NCBI GenBank assembly: GCA_964511175.1
Contig: CAZEEI010000001.1
Span: 23,216-87,215, forward strand
DNA from: an uncultured Pseudomonadales bacterium
Lineage (GTDB): Bacteria > Patescibacteriota > Microgenomatia > UBA1400 > UBA1396
Length of the DNA stretch: 64,000 bases
Direction of reading: 5' to 3'
Position 1 is the stretch's first letter. Every line of letters starts with the position of its first letter. Positions 18,588-27,519 of this stretch are shown here, one piece after another. The notes below the pieces were generated by a model. The model had not been told where the DNA came from. It did not search any database and saw only the letters and a list, made by a program, of their open reading frames with translations. The position numbers and the translations under genes were made by a program.

Positions 18588-19385
18588 ATGAGAATGAATG
18601 TGCACAGACTTTTAGCCGCCGACATCTTTTTGTCATTATCGGGTTCAACTGCCTTGACTGCAGCGAGTGGTAAAGCTTTTGCAGTGCCAGTGCGCTTATT
18701 AGTGGAGCTACCTAGTTACCGCATTGTGGCTTTAGGCGAAGAAGCGCGAGCCGTAGAACATGCGGGGATTGGCCGCAGCCGCGTGATTGTGCCGTGTGAT
18801 GAGGTAGAAGTTTTTGATGAGCGGGGTGCCGAAGTGTTTTTGCGCGGGTTGTTTCGTATTGTGCTTGGTTCCGGTTTTTTGCTAAAACCCAAAGTATGGT
18901 TGGCTTTGCCGGGGAGAACTACGCCTTTTATGCAGGAAGTGTGGTTGAAGGTGATCTTGGCGGCCGGCGCCCGCGACGTAGTGCTGGTTAATCCGCTGTT
19001 AGCGATTGCCGCGGGCGCCGGCCTTCCTTTAGATTCCGCACACGGTTATGCGGTGGGCAGTATAACGGATAAAGGAGTCGTTTTAGGATTAGTGGCTTTT
19101 AGTCACGTGCAACAAGAGGTGTGGCAGCCGGTGGAAAGTTCGTCGGCGGAAGTTGCCGACGTCAGTCTCACCGCTTTGTCCCAGGCCTGGCAGAAGTTGC
19201 TACCCCAAGTGCCGGTTGAATTTGCTAGCTCACTGCAGCGGGAAGGGGCAGTGTTGGTTGTGCCAGAGGATTCAGCCGAATGGTCTCAGGCCTATACTAA
19301 TGTTTTGGGTGTGCCGGTTTCGACTTTTGAACGAACCACGGCCGTTTTGGGTCTACGTGCCCTGGCGAAGGAGGAGAATGCGTAA
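18588..19385 (+). CDS. Degenerate, shortened MreB/Mbl-like protein
   Basis: IVALGEEARA, KPKVWLALP, AAGARDVVLVNPLLAIAAGAGLP resemble MreB; phosphate motifs absent. Confidence 0.72.
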   Translation: MRMNVHRLLAADIFLSLSGSTALTAASGKAFAVPVRLLVELPSYRIVALGEEARAVEHAGIGRSRVIVPCDEVEVFDERGAEVFLRGLFRIVLGSGFLLKPKVWLALPGRTTPFMQEVWLKVILAAGARDVVLVNPLLAIAAGAGLPLDSAHGYAVGSITDKGVVLGLVAFSHVQQEVWQPVESSSAEVADVSLTALSQAWQKLLPQVPVEFASSLQREGAVLVVPEDSAEWSQAYTNVLGVPVSTFERTTAVLGLRALAKEENA

Positions 19386-20133
19386 CGCGGTGATTAAGGC
19401 GATCATTAGGCATTGTTTTACTGGTACTGGTCAAGAGTTTCAAGATTGGTGGCAACAACATTTGCAGACAGGTCATGGTTTACAGTTGATTTTTACGCCT
19501 AATCCCGAGCAAAGCGTATTGGCAACCGATAGCGACACATTTCGTGATTGTTTGCTAAGCGGTGATCAGCTATTAGCCGATGGCGCCGGTCTGGTGTGGG
19601 CCTCACGCCTGGAGGGTGTCACCCTCCACCGTATAACCGGTGTGGATATGACGGCTTGGTGGTTGCGGGTAAATCGCCAAGGAAAGGTGTCAACCTTACT
19701 GATTGGCGGCCGCGACAACGTGGCGGCAGATTTGGCGCGCCAAGTTGATCCTGACGACCAGTGGTGCTCTGGTATATCTGGCCACCTCAACGTCGCGGCC
19801 GCCCATGATCCGGCCTATCAAGATCAGATGGCCGATGAAGAACAAGCAATTTTTGACGCGATTAAAAAGAGAAAACCACAAGTAGTATTAGTTGCCTTTG
19901 GCGCTCCATGGCAGGAAGAGTTTTTATGTCGTCATCGGGAACAACTGGCCAAACTAGGCGTCAAAATAGCGATGGTCTGCGGTGGGGCTTTCGATTATCT
20001 CACCGGTCAAGCACCGCGCGCTCCTGGCTGGTTGCGGGCGATTGGCCTGGAATGGCTGTTTCGGTTATGGCAAGAACCCTGGCGCTGGCGGCGACAACTA
20101 CGGTTAATACGCTTCATTCACCTGGTGGTGTAA
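19378..20133 (+). CDS. WecB/TagA/CpsF glycosyltransferase
   Basis: FTPNPE, LADGAG, RITGVD, VAFGAPWQE, GGAFD...RAP, GLEWLFRL..EPWRWRR. Confidence 0.93.
   Translation: MRNAVIKAIIRHCFTGTGQEFQDWWQQHLQTGHGLQLIFTPNPEQSVLATDSDTFRDCLLSGDQLLADGAGLVWASRLEGVTLHRITGVDMTAWWLRVNRQGKVSTLLIGGRDNVAADLARQVDPDDQWCSGISGHLNVAAAHDPAYQDQMADEEQAIFDAIKKRKPQVVLVAFGAPWQEEFLCRHREQLAKLGVKIAMVCGGAFDYLTGQAPRAPGWLRAIGLEWLFRLWQEPWRWRRQLRLIRFIHLVV
19604..19625 (-). repeat. 22-bp dispersed repeat, copy 2 (inside the TagA-family gene)
   Basis: CACGCCTGGAGGGTGTCACCCT on +. Confidence 0.85.
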
Positions 20134-20142
20134 ACTAATCAC

Positions 20143-21186
20143 ATGCAGAATGATGTTTTACCAACCGCACCAAATATAAATGATACTTTCCACGATGCAG
20201 AGATCAGCAAGCCAATACAGAGACCGTCTGTTCCAGCAACTCAATCGAAATGGTTAATATCGATTTTAGTAGGAGCTCTAATAGTGATTACTGGCGTAGC
20301 TGTCTGGTTTGCCTATCAAAATCGGCAATTGAAACAAGAACAAGCTCTATTTAATCAACCAAGTCCTACGCCAACCACGGTGTTAAATGCTACTTCGGCT
20401 AACCTGCCAATATCATGGCAAGCTAGTGTTTTAGGTAGGCTTTCTTTTCAATATCCAAGCGATTGGCAGATCAAAGTTACTAATCCGGGAAAACAGTTAA
20501 TAATTAAGCCCATCTCTGGTTCAGATATCGATATTTCGATTTATACCATCGATAACCCCCAGGATTTGTCTTTGTCAGAATTCGGTAGTGATTGGGAAAT
20601 GAAACCAAACCTTTATAGCCCCACTGCTGAAGCAAGAATAGTTTCGGGGATTACTGGCTATTATCAAGAAAACCAGCATTGTGAACCGTCGCTTTGTGAT
20701 AAATTAGCGGTCTCTTATCAACAAAAAATATACGTAGTCACCATTGCTTACCAAGGCATTGATAGCGCGGATATTAATCAGAGAGTACAAACTTACCGAC
20801 CTATTTTCCAACAAGTCATTTTGAGTTTGAAGTTTGTCGGCCAAGCAGAAATTTCTAGTAATAAAGAATCTTTGCTTCAAGTGGTTGATGGCTATCTCTC
20901 CGCCCTAATGAAAGGCGATGTGGGTATGGCCACGAATTTTTTGGCCGAAGAAGTTAAAGACGAGACTTTTGCCAATTGGTACCAAGGGTACGAAAAATAT
21001 AAAACGTACGAAGTTCTGAATAAGTTTCATTCCGCACAAGAAGAAATCGATTTCTATAATCAAGATCAGGTCACTTTAACAGTCAAGCTCTATGAGGACA
21101 ACGACCGGGAGGGGAATAAAGCGCAGTTAACGTTCCGCAAGGCGGATGGTAATTGGAAAACCTTGACTTGGTATTTGTTCCCCTAA
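20143..21186 (+). CDS. Single-TM exported protein (possible PsbP-like domain)
   Basis: Pro-rich N-terminus, TM, P/T linker, LSFQYPSDW motif. Confidence 0.7.
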   Translation: MQNDVLPTAPNINDTFHDAEISKPIQRPSVPATQSKWLISILVGALIVITGVAVWFAYQNRQLKQEQALFNQPSPTPTTVLNATSANLPISWQASVLGRLSFQYPSDWQIKVTNPGKQLIIKPISGSDIDISIYTIDNPQDLSLSEFGSDWEMKPNLYSPTAEARIVSGITGYYQENQHCEPSLCDKLAVSYQQKIYVVTIAYQGIDSADINQRVQTYRPIFQQVILSLKFVGQAEISSNKESLLQVVDGYLSALMKGDVGMATNFLAEEVKDETFANWYQGYEKYKTYEVLNKFHSAQEEIDFYNQDQVTLTVKLYEDNDREGNKAQLTFRKADGNWKTLTWYLFP

Positions 21187-21213
21187 CGAGAATATCCCGT
21201 ATAGGTTATAGTT

Positions 21214-21432
21214 TTACTCCGAGAGGGAGTTTCCTTCAATGCCCAGCAACCAGAGAACCGCTTCTTTGCGGTAGCGTCGGTCGCCGCGCGAATTAATCCG
21301 GATAGCTGGCAACTTGCCCCGTTTACCCCAGCGTTTCACCGTCAGAGGAGAGACGCGCAAAAGCTGAGCTACCTCACGCACCGTTAATAGGTCAGGCAAA
21401 TTGTTGATGTCTAGTTTGAGGTCATCGCTCAC
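21214..21432 (-). CDS. Small excisionase/BldC-like HTH (HTH_17) protein
   Basis: LLTVREVAQLLRVSPLTVKRWGKRGKLPAIRINSRGDRRY; AGGAG RBS, GTG start. Confidence 0.9.
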   Translation of the reverse strand: MSDDLKLDINNLPDLLTVREVAQLLRVSPLTVKRWGKRGKLPAIRINSRGDRRYRKEAVLWLLGIEGNSLSE

Positions 21433-21503
21433 GGAGGCTCCTTTGTTTCTGTCTCAATTTATATCCCAGCGTAGCAGAGAGGACGAAACCATGTCAATAC
21501 GAA

Positions 21504-21527
21504 AGGGCCGCCCGATCGGGCGGCCCT
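21504..21527 (-). terminator. Intrinsic terminator after rplL
   Basis: AGGGCCGCCC-GATC-GGGCGGCCCT hairpin with a short T run on the minus strand. Confidence 0.7.
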
Positions 21528-21556
21528 GACTTGAGTACTTACTCAACACCTCGAAC

Positions 21557-21937
21557 TTATTTAAGCTCGACGGCGGCGCCAGCTTCTTCCAGCACCTTTT
21601 TCGCGTTGTCAGCATCTTCTTTTTTAGCGCCTTCCAACACGACCTTGGGAGCGGACTCCACAAAGGTTTTGGCTTCGGCCAGACCGAGGTCAGGCTTAAG
21701 CGTACGGACCGCCTTGATAACGGCGATCTTGTTAGCACCGGCATTAGCCAGCACTACGTCAAATTCGGTTTTTTCCGCAGCAGCTTCGCCAGCGGCGGCG
21801 CCAGGCATGGCACCAGCCATCATGACGGGAGCGGCTGAAACGCCGAATTCTTCTTCGAGAGCCTTAACGAGTTCGGAAACTTCCATTAAAGAAAGTTTCT
21901 TCACGGCCTCAACGATGGACTGAACGTTGTCAGACAT
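21557..21937 (-). CDS. rplL: 50S ribosomal protein L7/L12
   Basis: [36 protein letters not shown]. Confidence 0.98.
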   Translation of the reverse strand: MSDNVQSIVEAVKKLSLMEVSELVKALEEEFGVSAAPVMMAGAMPGAAAGEAAAEKTEFDVVLANAGANKIAVIKAVRTLKPDLGLAEAKTFVESAPKVVLEGAKKEDADNAKKVLEEAGAAVELK

Positions 21938-21957
21938 ATTTTTTCCTTTCGTTTCCT

Positions 21958-22464
21958 TTATTGCTTATTGGCAACCGCAGTTAATACTCGTACCAGCGAG
22001 CCTGGTACCGCTTCCAACACGTTGCGCAGGCCGTAGGCCGGACCCTGCAGGCGTTGGAGTAACATCGTGATTAGTTCACTACGTCCCGGCACCTTAGAGA
22101 GTGTTTCCACTTCCGCGACCGAGAGCAGTTTGGCTTCTAACCAACCACCTTTGATTTCCGGCAGATCGTTATCAGCCATGAATTTAGTCATGGCTTTCAA
22201 AGCCGAAACTTCATCTTCGTAAGAAAAGAGCGTCAACAACTGATCTTGCAGCACACCGGCTAAACCCTCTGGTTTACCCAAGGCAATGTTGAGCAGGCGA
22301 TTACGGGTAATAACGATTTCACCGCCGGCTTCCTTGACGGCACGGCGCAGTTTAGTTTGCTGGCTAACGTCAAGACCAGAATACTTAGCAAACACGACCG
22401 ACTTGGCGCGGGCTAATTTTTCCTGTAACTCGGCAACTGCCTGAATTTTGGCTTGGCTAGGCAT
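21958..22464 (-). CDS. rplJ: 50S ribosomal protein L10
   Basis: [23 protein letters not shown]; upstream of rplL. Confidence 0.95.
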   Translation of the reverse strand: MPSQAKIQAVAELQEKLARAKSVVFAKYSGLDVSQQTKLRRAVKEAGGEIVITRNRLLNIALGKPEGLAGVLQDQLLTLFSYEDEVSALKAMTKFMADNDLPEIKGGWLEAKLLSVAEVETLSKVPGRSELITMLLQRLQGPAYGLRNVLEAVPGSLVRVLTAVANKQ

Positions 22465-22642
22465 AAATGTCCTTTATTATTTTGGGCGACACGACCGAAA
22501 AAAGGAAAAAGTGCGGCTCATAGCGAGCGAAACTATTTTCTCTCCTCGGCACAATGTCGGTGCTTTCTTTGGATCGAGAACTGAATTATAGCAGAAAAAT
22601 GCGACTAAACAAGGTTAAAAGAGAAAATCAACCCTTCTTGCC

Positions 22643-22671
22643 AAAGTATTACTTTTTTAGTAAAGTATTAC
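22643..22671 (+). promoter_or_regulatory. Probable operator of the VapBC-like operon
   Basis: Palindrome AAAGTA-T-TACTTT and direct repeat AAAGTATTAC x2 just before the antitoxin ATG. Confidence 0.5.
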
Positions 22672-22676
22672 CAATT

Positions 22677-22922
22677 ATGAACGGTATTACTACTATTACC
22701 AGTAAAGGCCAGGTAGTTATTCCTAAGTCGATTCGGGATCAGTTTGGCCTCAAGCCCGCCAGCAAAGTGCAGTTTATGGTTAAAGATCAAACTATTTTTT
22801 TGCGTGTACAGCCCTCGGTTAGAGACATCATGGGATCGCTATCAACGTCACGTCGCCTCAATCGCCAACAAGAAAAAAGCGCTTTTGCTCAAGCGGTTAT
22901 TGATGATGTACAGGATAAATGA
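22677..22922 (+). CDS. AbrB/MazE/SpoVT-type antitoxin
   Basis: TTITSKGQVVIPKSIRDQFGL. Confidence 0.9.
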   Translation: MNGITTITSKGQVVIPKSIRDQFGLKPASKVQFMVKDQTIFLRVQPSVRDIMGSLSTSRRLNRQQEKSAFAQAVIDDVQDK

Positions 22923-23275
22923 CGATCTTAGACACAAGTGCTGTTTTGCGTTTTCTTTTACGAGACGATCGGGAGAAAGCCGAGCAGGTAGCTTTGGTTT
23001 TAGAAAATGAATCGTCAATATTTATTCCGCAGGCAGTTTTTATTGAACTCGATTTTGTGTTGCGTAAAAGTTACCGAATTTCCCGTTCGGACGTAGCTTA
23101 TCAACTCAGTAGTTTGAGCGATCTGCCCAACGTCAAAACTGACCCAGAGACCCGCGTTGCTTTAACCATTTATTTGGGTACCAATTTGAGTTTAGCCGAT
23201 TGTTTCGTTTTGGCGTACGCTCATGGCCAGAGCTTGTGTTCTTTTGATGTCGATTTAATGAAAAACCGCTACTAA
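22919..23275 (+). CDS. PIN-domain (VapC) toxin
   Basis: ILDTSAVLRFLL, E, LSLADC, SFDVDL; start overlaps the antitoxin stop. Confidence 0.9.
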   Translation: MTILDTSAVLRFLLRDDREKAEQVALVLENESSIFIPQAVFIELDFVLRKSYRISRSDVAYQLSSLSDLPNVKTDPETRVALTIYLGTNLSLADCFVLAYAHGQSLCSFDVDLMKNRY

Positions 23276-23979
23276 ATCGTCGTCTGAACTTTAATTCCCG
23301 GACTCATGCTGGAAGCAATCGTCAACTTAAGAATACTGTTAGGCGGCAGAGCGGCCAACAAAGCTTGGAGGTTAGCCACCAGTTCTTCACTAGGCTGGCT
23401 AACTTTACCTAGACGCACGTGCATTAAGGGCGCCTTTTTCTCGCCGCGCAGGGTGGCCGCGCCACCTTGCAGCTGAGCTTTCTTAGCTTCCGGATCCGAT
23501 GTAACGGTGCCGGTTTTAGGATTGGGCATCAAACCTTTGGGTCCCAACAAGCGAGCAAACTTGGCGAGCTTAGGCATTAGTTCCGGTGTGGTTAATAACA
23601 CGTCAAACTCAACTTTACCTTCGGCCAAATCAGCTAAAATGGCGTCACTGGCAATCGCCACCCGCACCTCTTTACCGGTAGAGTGGGGGAAAGTGACGTC
23701 CACTGGCTTGAGTTCACGTTTCAAGTTGAGATGAGCGCTAACCGTACCGCCAAATTTGGCATAAGAAGTGGTTTTGAGTAATTCAATCGCTTGAGTAATG
23801 GGGTAAACCTGAGTGCGGTCGACCATACTGCGGGCTTCAACGTATTTTTTACCGCGTACCCGGCTACGTTTGGCTGGTGCCGCAACTGCCGCTACTTCTG
23901 CCGTTTCGGTGGCTTCAGCTTCTACCTCAGACGGTTCGGTTGTAGTTTCAATTTGTTTTTCTTCAGTGATATCCGTCAT
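23272..23979 (-). CDS. rplA: 50S ribosomal protein L1
   Basis: LGPKGLMPNPKTGTVT, SSMSPGI. Confidence 0.97.
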   Translation of the reverse strand: MTDITEEKQIETTTEPSEVEAEATETAEVAAVAAPAKRSRVRGKKYVEARSMVDRTQVYPITQAIELLKTTSYAKFGGTVSAHLNLKRELKPVDVTFPHSTGKEVRVAIASDAILADLAEGKVEFDVLLTTPELMPKLAKFARLLGPKGLMPNPKTGTVTSDPEAKKAQLQGGAATLRGEKKAPLMHVRLGKVSQPSEELVANLQALLAALPPNSILKLTIASSMSPGIKVQTTI

Positions 23980-23987
23980 AATTCTCC

Positions 23988-24413
23988 TTACTCAGTCACC
24001 TTCACACCCATACTACGTGCGGTACCTTTAACCATGCTCATTACTGCTTCAAGATTAACGGCGTTAGTATCCGCCACTTTTGCCTCAGCAATTTTATGTA
24101 CTTGATCAGACGTTAAAGTACCAACCTCTTGAGTACCAGCGGTAGCAGCGCCTTTCTTAAGGTTGATTTCCTTCATAATCATGGCCGAAACCGGAGCCAA
24201 TTTGAGCTCGAAAGTAAAGGAACGGTCTTCAAAAACCGTAATCAAGGCAGGAATAACTTCACCGCGGCGATCCTTGGTTTTCTCATTGTACTGGTTACAG
24301 AACTCCATGATGTTGATACCAGCTTGTCCCAGAATAGGACCAACCGGCGGGGCAGGGTTAGCCGCACCACCGCGTAAGTTTAGTTTTAAGACAGCTTTAA
24401 CTTTTTTTGCCAT
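23988..24413 (-). CDS. rplK: 50S ribosomal protein L11
   Basis: ANPAPPVGPILGQAGINIMEFCNQYN, GTARSMG. Confidence 0.98.
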   Translation of the reverse strand: MAKKVKAVLKLNLRGGAANPAPPVGPILGQAGINIMEFCNQYNEKTKDRRGEVIPALITVFEDRSFTFELKLAPVSAMIMKEINLKKGAATAGTQEVGTLTSDQVHKIAEAKVADTNAVNLEAVMSMVKGTARSMGVKVTE

Positions 24414-24608
24414 AAGACTCCCTATTTAGCTTTCGCTTAACCAAAAACGGAAACACCCGAAAAAGTTTAGACATTTGGTTGAGTTGTCACGCTATCAACC
24501 AAAGTATGTTTTTCGCGTTACCGCTCCTTCCATAATCGAGTGACTTGGAAGTGACGGTAGTATATCATAACTTTAAGGAGCTAATCGAAGTTAATTTGCA
24601 GTCGATGA

Positions 24609-24956
24609 CTAAAAATTAGCCTGTTGATGCCGATAAGGATTTTCGGGATCATCTAACCAGGCGTCTCTCTCCGACTCGGAAAGTCCACGTACCGTGACGT
24701 TTTTAGCTACGTAGGGGCGATCAATAAGATGAACCATTTCGCCAATACGCTGGTGCAATGCCGCTTCGGTAACGGAGGAAGCCCGGTCAAGAGACCAAAA
24801 TAGCTGTCTTTTTTCGGGTTCGTCGCGTTTAAATACTTCCCAGGTCATCAAAATGTAATCGTATTTCTGGCCAGCCTCTCTTTGATCCCAGAACTCGACG
24901 ACCTTCTTTGGTCTTCTGGCTCTTTCAGGATGTAATAAGTCTTTGAAAAATCTCAT
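24609..24956 (-). CDS. Hypothetical protein, paralog of 24961-25314
   Basis: MR.FKDLL.P...D.RE.G..YD....T.E.F....PE.R....DRA.S...RP.V.KNV.V.GLS.SE...W.D shared. Confidence 0.78.
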   Translation of the reverse strand: MRFFKDLLHPERARRPKKVVEFWDQREAGQKYDYILMTWEVFKRDEPEKRQLFWSLDRASSVTEAALHQRIGEMVHLIDRPYVAKNVTVRGLSESERDAWLDDPENPYRHQQANF

Positions 24957-24960
24957 AACA

Positions 24961-25314
24961 TTAATGACTTTCGTCAGATTGAATTTCTAGCCAGGAATAG
25001 AAATCAAGTTGAGAATCTTGCCAATCATGCCATTCCGATGCGGAAAGACCATAGACAGAAACATTTTTAAGCACCTTAGGACGAACTATGTTTTGAGCGG
25101 CGAAACCATATTGTTTTCTAATAGCCTCAAGGGTTCTGTTTGGGGAATTGGCACGATCGGAATAAGCGTAAAAACTCCGTTCTTCTGGTTTAGAAGGATC
25201 AAATGTCTCACAAGTAACGACGACAAAATCGTAAGATTTTCCAGGCTCCCTTAAATCAAGAATCTCAATTCCTTTTTTCTCTCTTGGTCGCAGTAAATCT
25301 TTAAAAGAGCGCAT
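24961..25314 (-). CDS. Hypothetical protein, paralog of 24609-24956
   Basis: Same shared pattern; tightly packed after nusG. Confidence 0.78.
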   Translation of the reverse strand: MRSFKDLLRPREKKGIEILDLREPGKSYDFVVVTCETFDPSKPEERSFYAYSDRANSPNRTLEAIRKQYGFAAQNIVRPKVLKNVSVYGLSASEWHDWQDSQLDFYSWLEIQSDESH

Positions 25315-25321
25315 GCTTTAA

Positions 25322-25972
25322 TTATAACTTGCTAACCTGGAGGAAATCCAATTCCACTGGTGTTTCGCGGCCAAAAATAGAGACAAGTACGGTAACTTTG
25401 CCTTTGCCCTCGTCAATACTATCGACTGAGCCGATGAAGTCGGTAAATGGACCTTCCACAATCTTGACCGCTTCGCCCACACTGAAGTTAGCTTTGTAGC
25501 TGGCCACGCCTTGGGACATGAATTTCTGGATAGCTTCGACTTCTTGTTTGGGCAGGGGAGTGGGTTTGGTACCCACGCCGACAAATCCGGTAACACCAGG
25601 GGTGGTACGGACACAGAGCCAGGATTCATCGGTGAGAACGAGACGGATCAAAATGTAGCCCGGGAAAATCTTTTCCTTAATGGCGCGTTTTTGACCACGG
25701 CGGATTTGGATTTTTTCTTGAGTGGGAATCAGAACTTCAAAAATAAAACCGGCCAAACCCATCGTTTCCACGCGTTGCTTCAGAGTGTGGGCAACTTTGT
25801 TTTCGTGGCCGGAATAAGTATGAACCACGTACCACTTGGCGCGGCGCTTGGTTTTCTCTTCTTCGCTGAGATCCGAAATCATGACGTGGCTAGTGCTTTT
25901 TGCCACGGTTTCCTGCGATTCTGGCGCTTCCAGATCGTTGGTGGGATTGGTTAATTGTTGGTCGTCAGACAT
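25322..25972 (-). CDS. nusG: Transcription termination/antitermination factor NusG
   Basis: WYVVHTYSGHENKV, FPGY, TPGVTGFVG, KOW, FGRETPVEL. Confidence 0.98.
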   Translation of the reverse strand: MSDDQQLTNPTNDLEAPESQETVAKSTSHVMISDLSEEEKTKRRAKWYVVHTYSGHENKVAHTLKQRVETMGLAGFIFEVLIPTQEKIQIRRGQKRAIKEKIFPGYILIRLVLTDESWLCVRTTPGVTGFVGVGTKPTPLPKQEVEAIQKFMSQGVASYKANFSVGEAVKIVEGPFTDFIGSVDSIDEGKGKVTVLVSIFGRETPVELDFLQVSKL

Positions 25973-25997
25973 ATTTCCTTATAATTTTGTCTTATTT

Positions 25998-26201
25998 TTA
26001 TAACCCGAGCACTATTGCGGCCAGCCGGCTGAACACGAAGTCCATAGCGCCGATAACTACGGCGGCTACTCCCACTACCACAACTACCACCACGGTGAGG
26101 CGGCGGGTAGATGAGGCGTCCGGCCAAGATACTTTTCGCATCTCTTCGAGTACGCCGCGGGGGTAAGCCTTCAACTCCGACCACAAAGTACGCAAGGTCA
26201 T
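25998..26201 (-). CDS. secE: Preprotein translocase SecE
   Basis: EMRKVSWP plus a single TM; upstream of nusG. Confidence 0.92.
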   Translation of the reverse strand: MTLRTLWSELKAYPRGVLEEMRKVSWPDASSTRRLTVVVVVVVGVAAVVIGAMDFVFSRLAAIVLGL

Positions 26202-26240
26202 GAAGCGGCATTATACCATAGCGCTTGGCCTAGGTTGGTG

Positions 26241-26351
26241 TATCAAAATGGCCAAAACCGATAGTTGTACAACTATGATCTGGTAGAACCTTTTCGGTAG
26301 AGACTAGACTTGAGGTAAGTTGTACAACTGTTGGTTTGGCTGGTTTTGATA
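26241..26351. repeat. TTGTACAA inverted-repeat element, copy A (two boxes 55 bp apart)
   Basis: Imperfect ~34-bp terminal inverted repeats; colinear with 56257-56367. Confidence 0.88.
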
Positions 26352-26418
26352 GATAAGCCCGAACCAGATTTTCGCCAGGATTCTCCAATAAAGCGGCCTT
26401 CTGTTATACTGGTTTCCT

Positions 26419-27303
26419 ATGAGTCAAACCATTCGTAAGGCCGTAATCCCGGCCGCCGGGTTCGGAACCCGTTTTCTGCCCCAAACCAAAGCCATGCCCA
26501 AGGAAATGTTACCCATTGTGGATAAGCCGGTTATCCAGATTGTGGTGGAGGAGTTGGCCAGCGCCGGTATTACCGAGATCGTGATTGTTACCGGCTACCA
26601 TAAGCGTTCGATCGAAGACCACTTTGACCACAACTTTGAATTGGAACACGAACTGGAGAAATCAGGTAAGACCAGCTATCTGCAGGAGTTGGAGCGAATT
26701 AACAACTTGGCCAATTTTTATTATATTCGACAGAAAGGGCCTAAAGGTAACGCTACCCCAATCCTGAATGCCCGGGAAATCATCGGCAATGAGCCATTTA
26801 TTGTTTTTTGGGGCGACGACTTCATCACCGCCGAACCATCACGAGCCAAGCAGTTAATTGCCGCCTACGAAAAGTATGGCACGACCATTCTAGGGGGAAT
26901 TGCCGCCAATAAGGACGAAGATTACAACCGTTACGGTTTTGCCGGCGGTGAGCGGCTGGAAGATGGGGCGATTCGGGTTAATCAATTAATTGAGAAACCA
27001 GGAAAAGAAAACGCCCCCTCTGATTTAGGCATTGTTTCCGGCCAAATTTATAACCCGGATATTTTTGACGCCATCGAGGAAGCCAATTTCCGCCGCCAAG
27101 AGGGTAAGGAGCTGGTTTATATTGATGCGATCAATGTTTTGCGCGAACGCGGCGAAACGGTTCACGCTATTCCAGTAGTGGGTGGCAAGTTTTATGATTG
27201 CGGCAACGTGCTGGAATATCTCAAGACCGTAATCGAAATGGGTCTGCAGGAAGAGAAAATTGGGCCCAGTTTGCGGGCTTGGCTGCAGCAGTTGCAAACG
27301 TAG
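26419..27303 (+). CDS. galU: UTP--glucose-1-phosphate uridylyltransferase
   Basis: KAVIPAAGFGTRFLPQTKAMPKEMLPIVDKP, EKP. Confidence 0.94.
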   Translation: MSQTIRKAVIPAAGFGTRFLPQTKAMPKEMLPIVDKPVIQIVVEELASAGITEIVIVTGYHKRSIEDHFDHNFELEHELEKSGKTSYLQELERINNLANFYYIRQKGPKGNATPILNAREIIGNEPFIVFWGDDFITAEPSRAKQLIAAYEKYGTTILGGIAANKDEDYNRYGFAGGERLEDGAIRVNQLIEKPGKENAPSDLGIVSGQIYNPDIFDAIEEANFRRQEGKELVYIDAINVLRERGETVHAIPVVGGKFYDCGNVLEYLKTVIEMGLQEEKIGPSLRAWLQQLQT

Positions 27304-27398
27304 GCATGTATTAAAAAAGTTTTTCGTGTAACTTTCACCGTTGTCTTGGTGGCGCGTGGGGTGTATCTCCTTTCTTGACTAAGATATACTACTTTCAG

Positions 27399-27498
27399 TT
27401 GTCAAGAGAGGTGGCGAGGCGCTCGACCTGAGACCCACCCAGCAACCGAGCCGGTTTTCCCCGGTCGCGGTGCTCCCGAGCCCGCAGGGCGGCGACAA
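27399..27498 (+). promoter_or_regulatory. SAM-I-clan riboswitch upstream of metK
   Basis: P1 TTGTC/GACAA, CAAGAG, P2 GGTGG/CCACC, GCAACC...GGTGC core, pseudoknot GCTCG/CGAGC, P4 GCCC/GGGC; TATACT box just upstream. Confidence 0.85.
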
Positions 27499-27519
27499 GC
27501 CTTCGGAAGAAAGGGAAAA

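Noticed and set aside
22470-22570. L10 leader RNA before rplJ
   Set aside because: Only a GCCGAGG fragment resembles the consensus; the stem could not be built.
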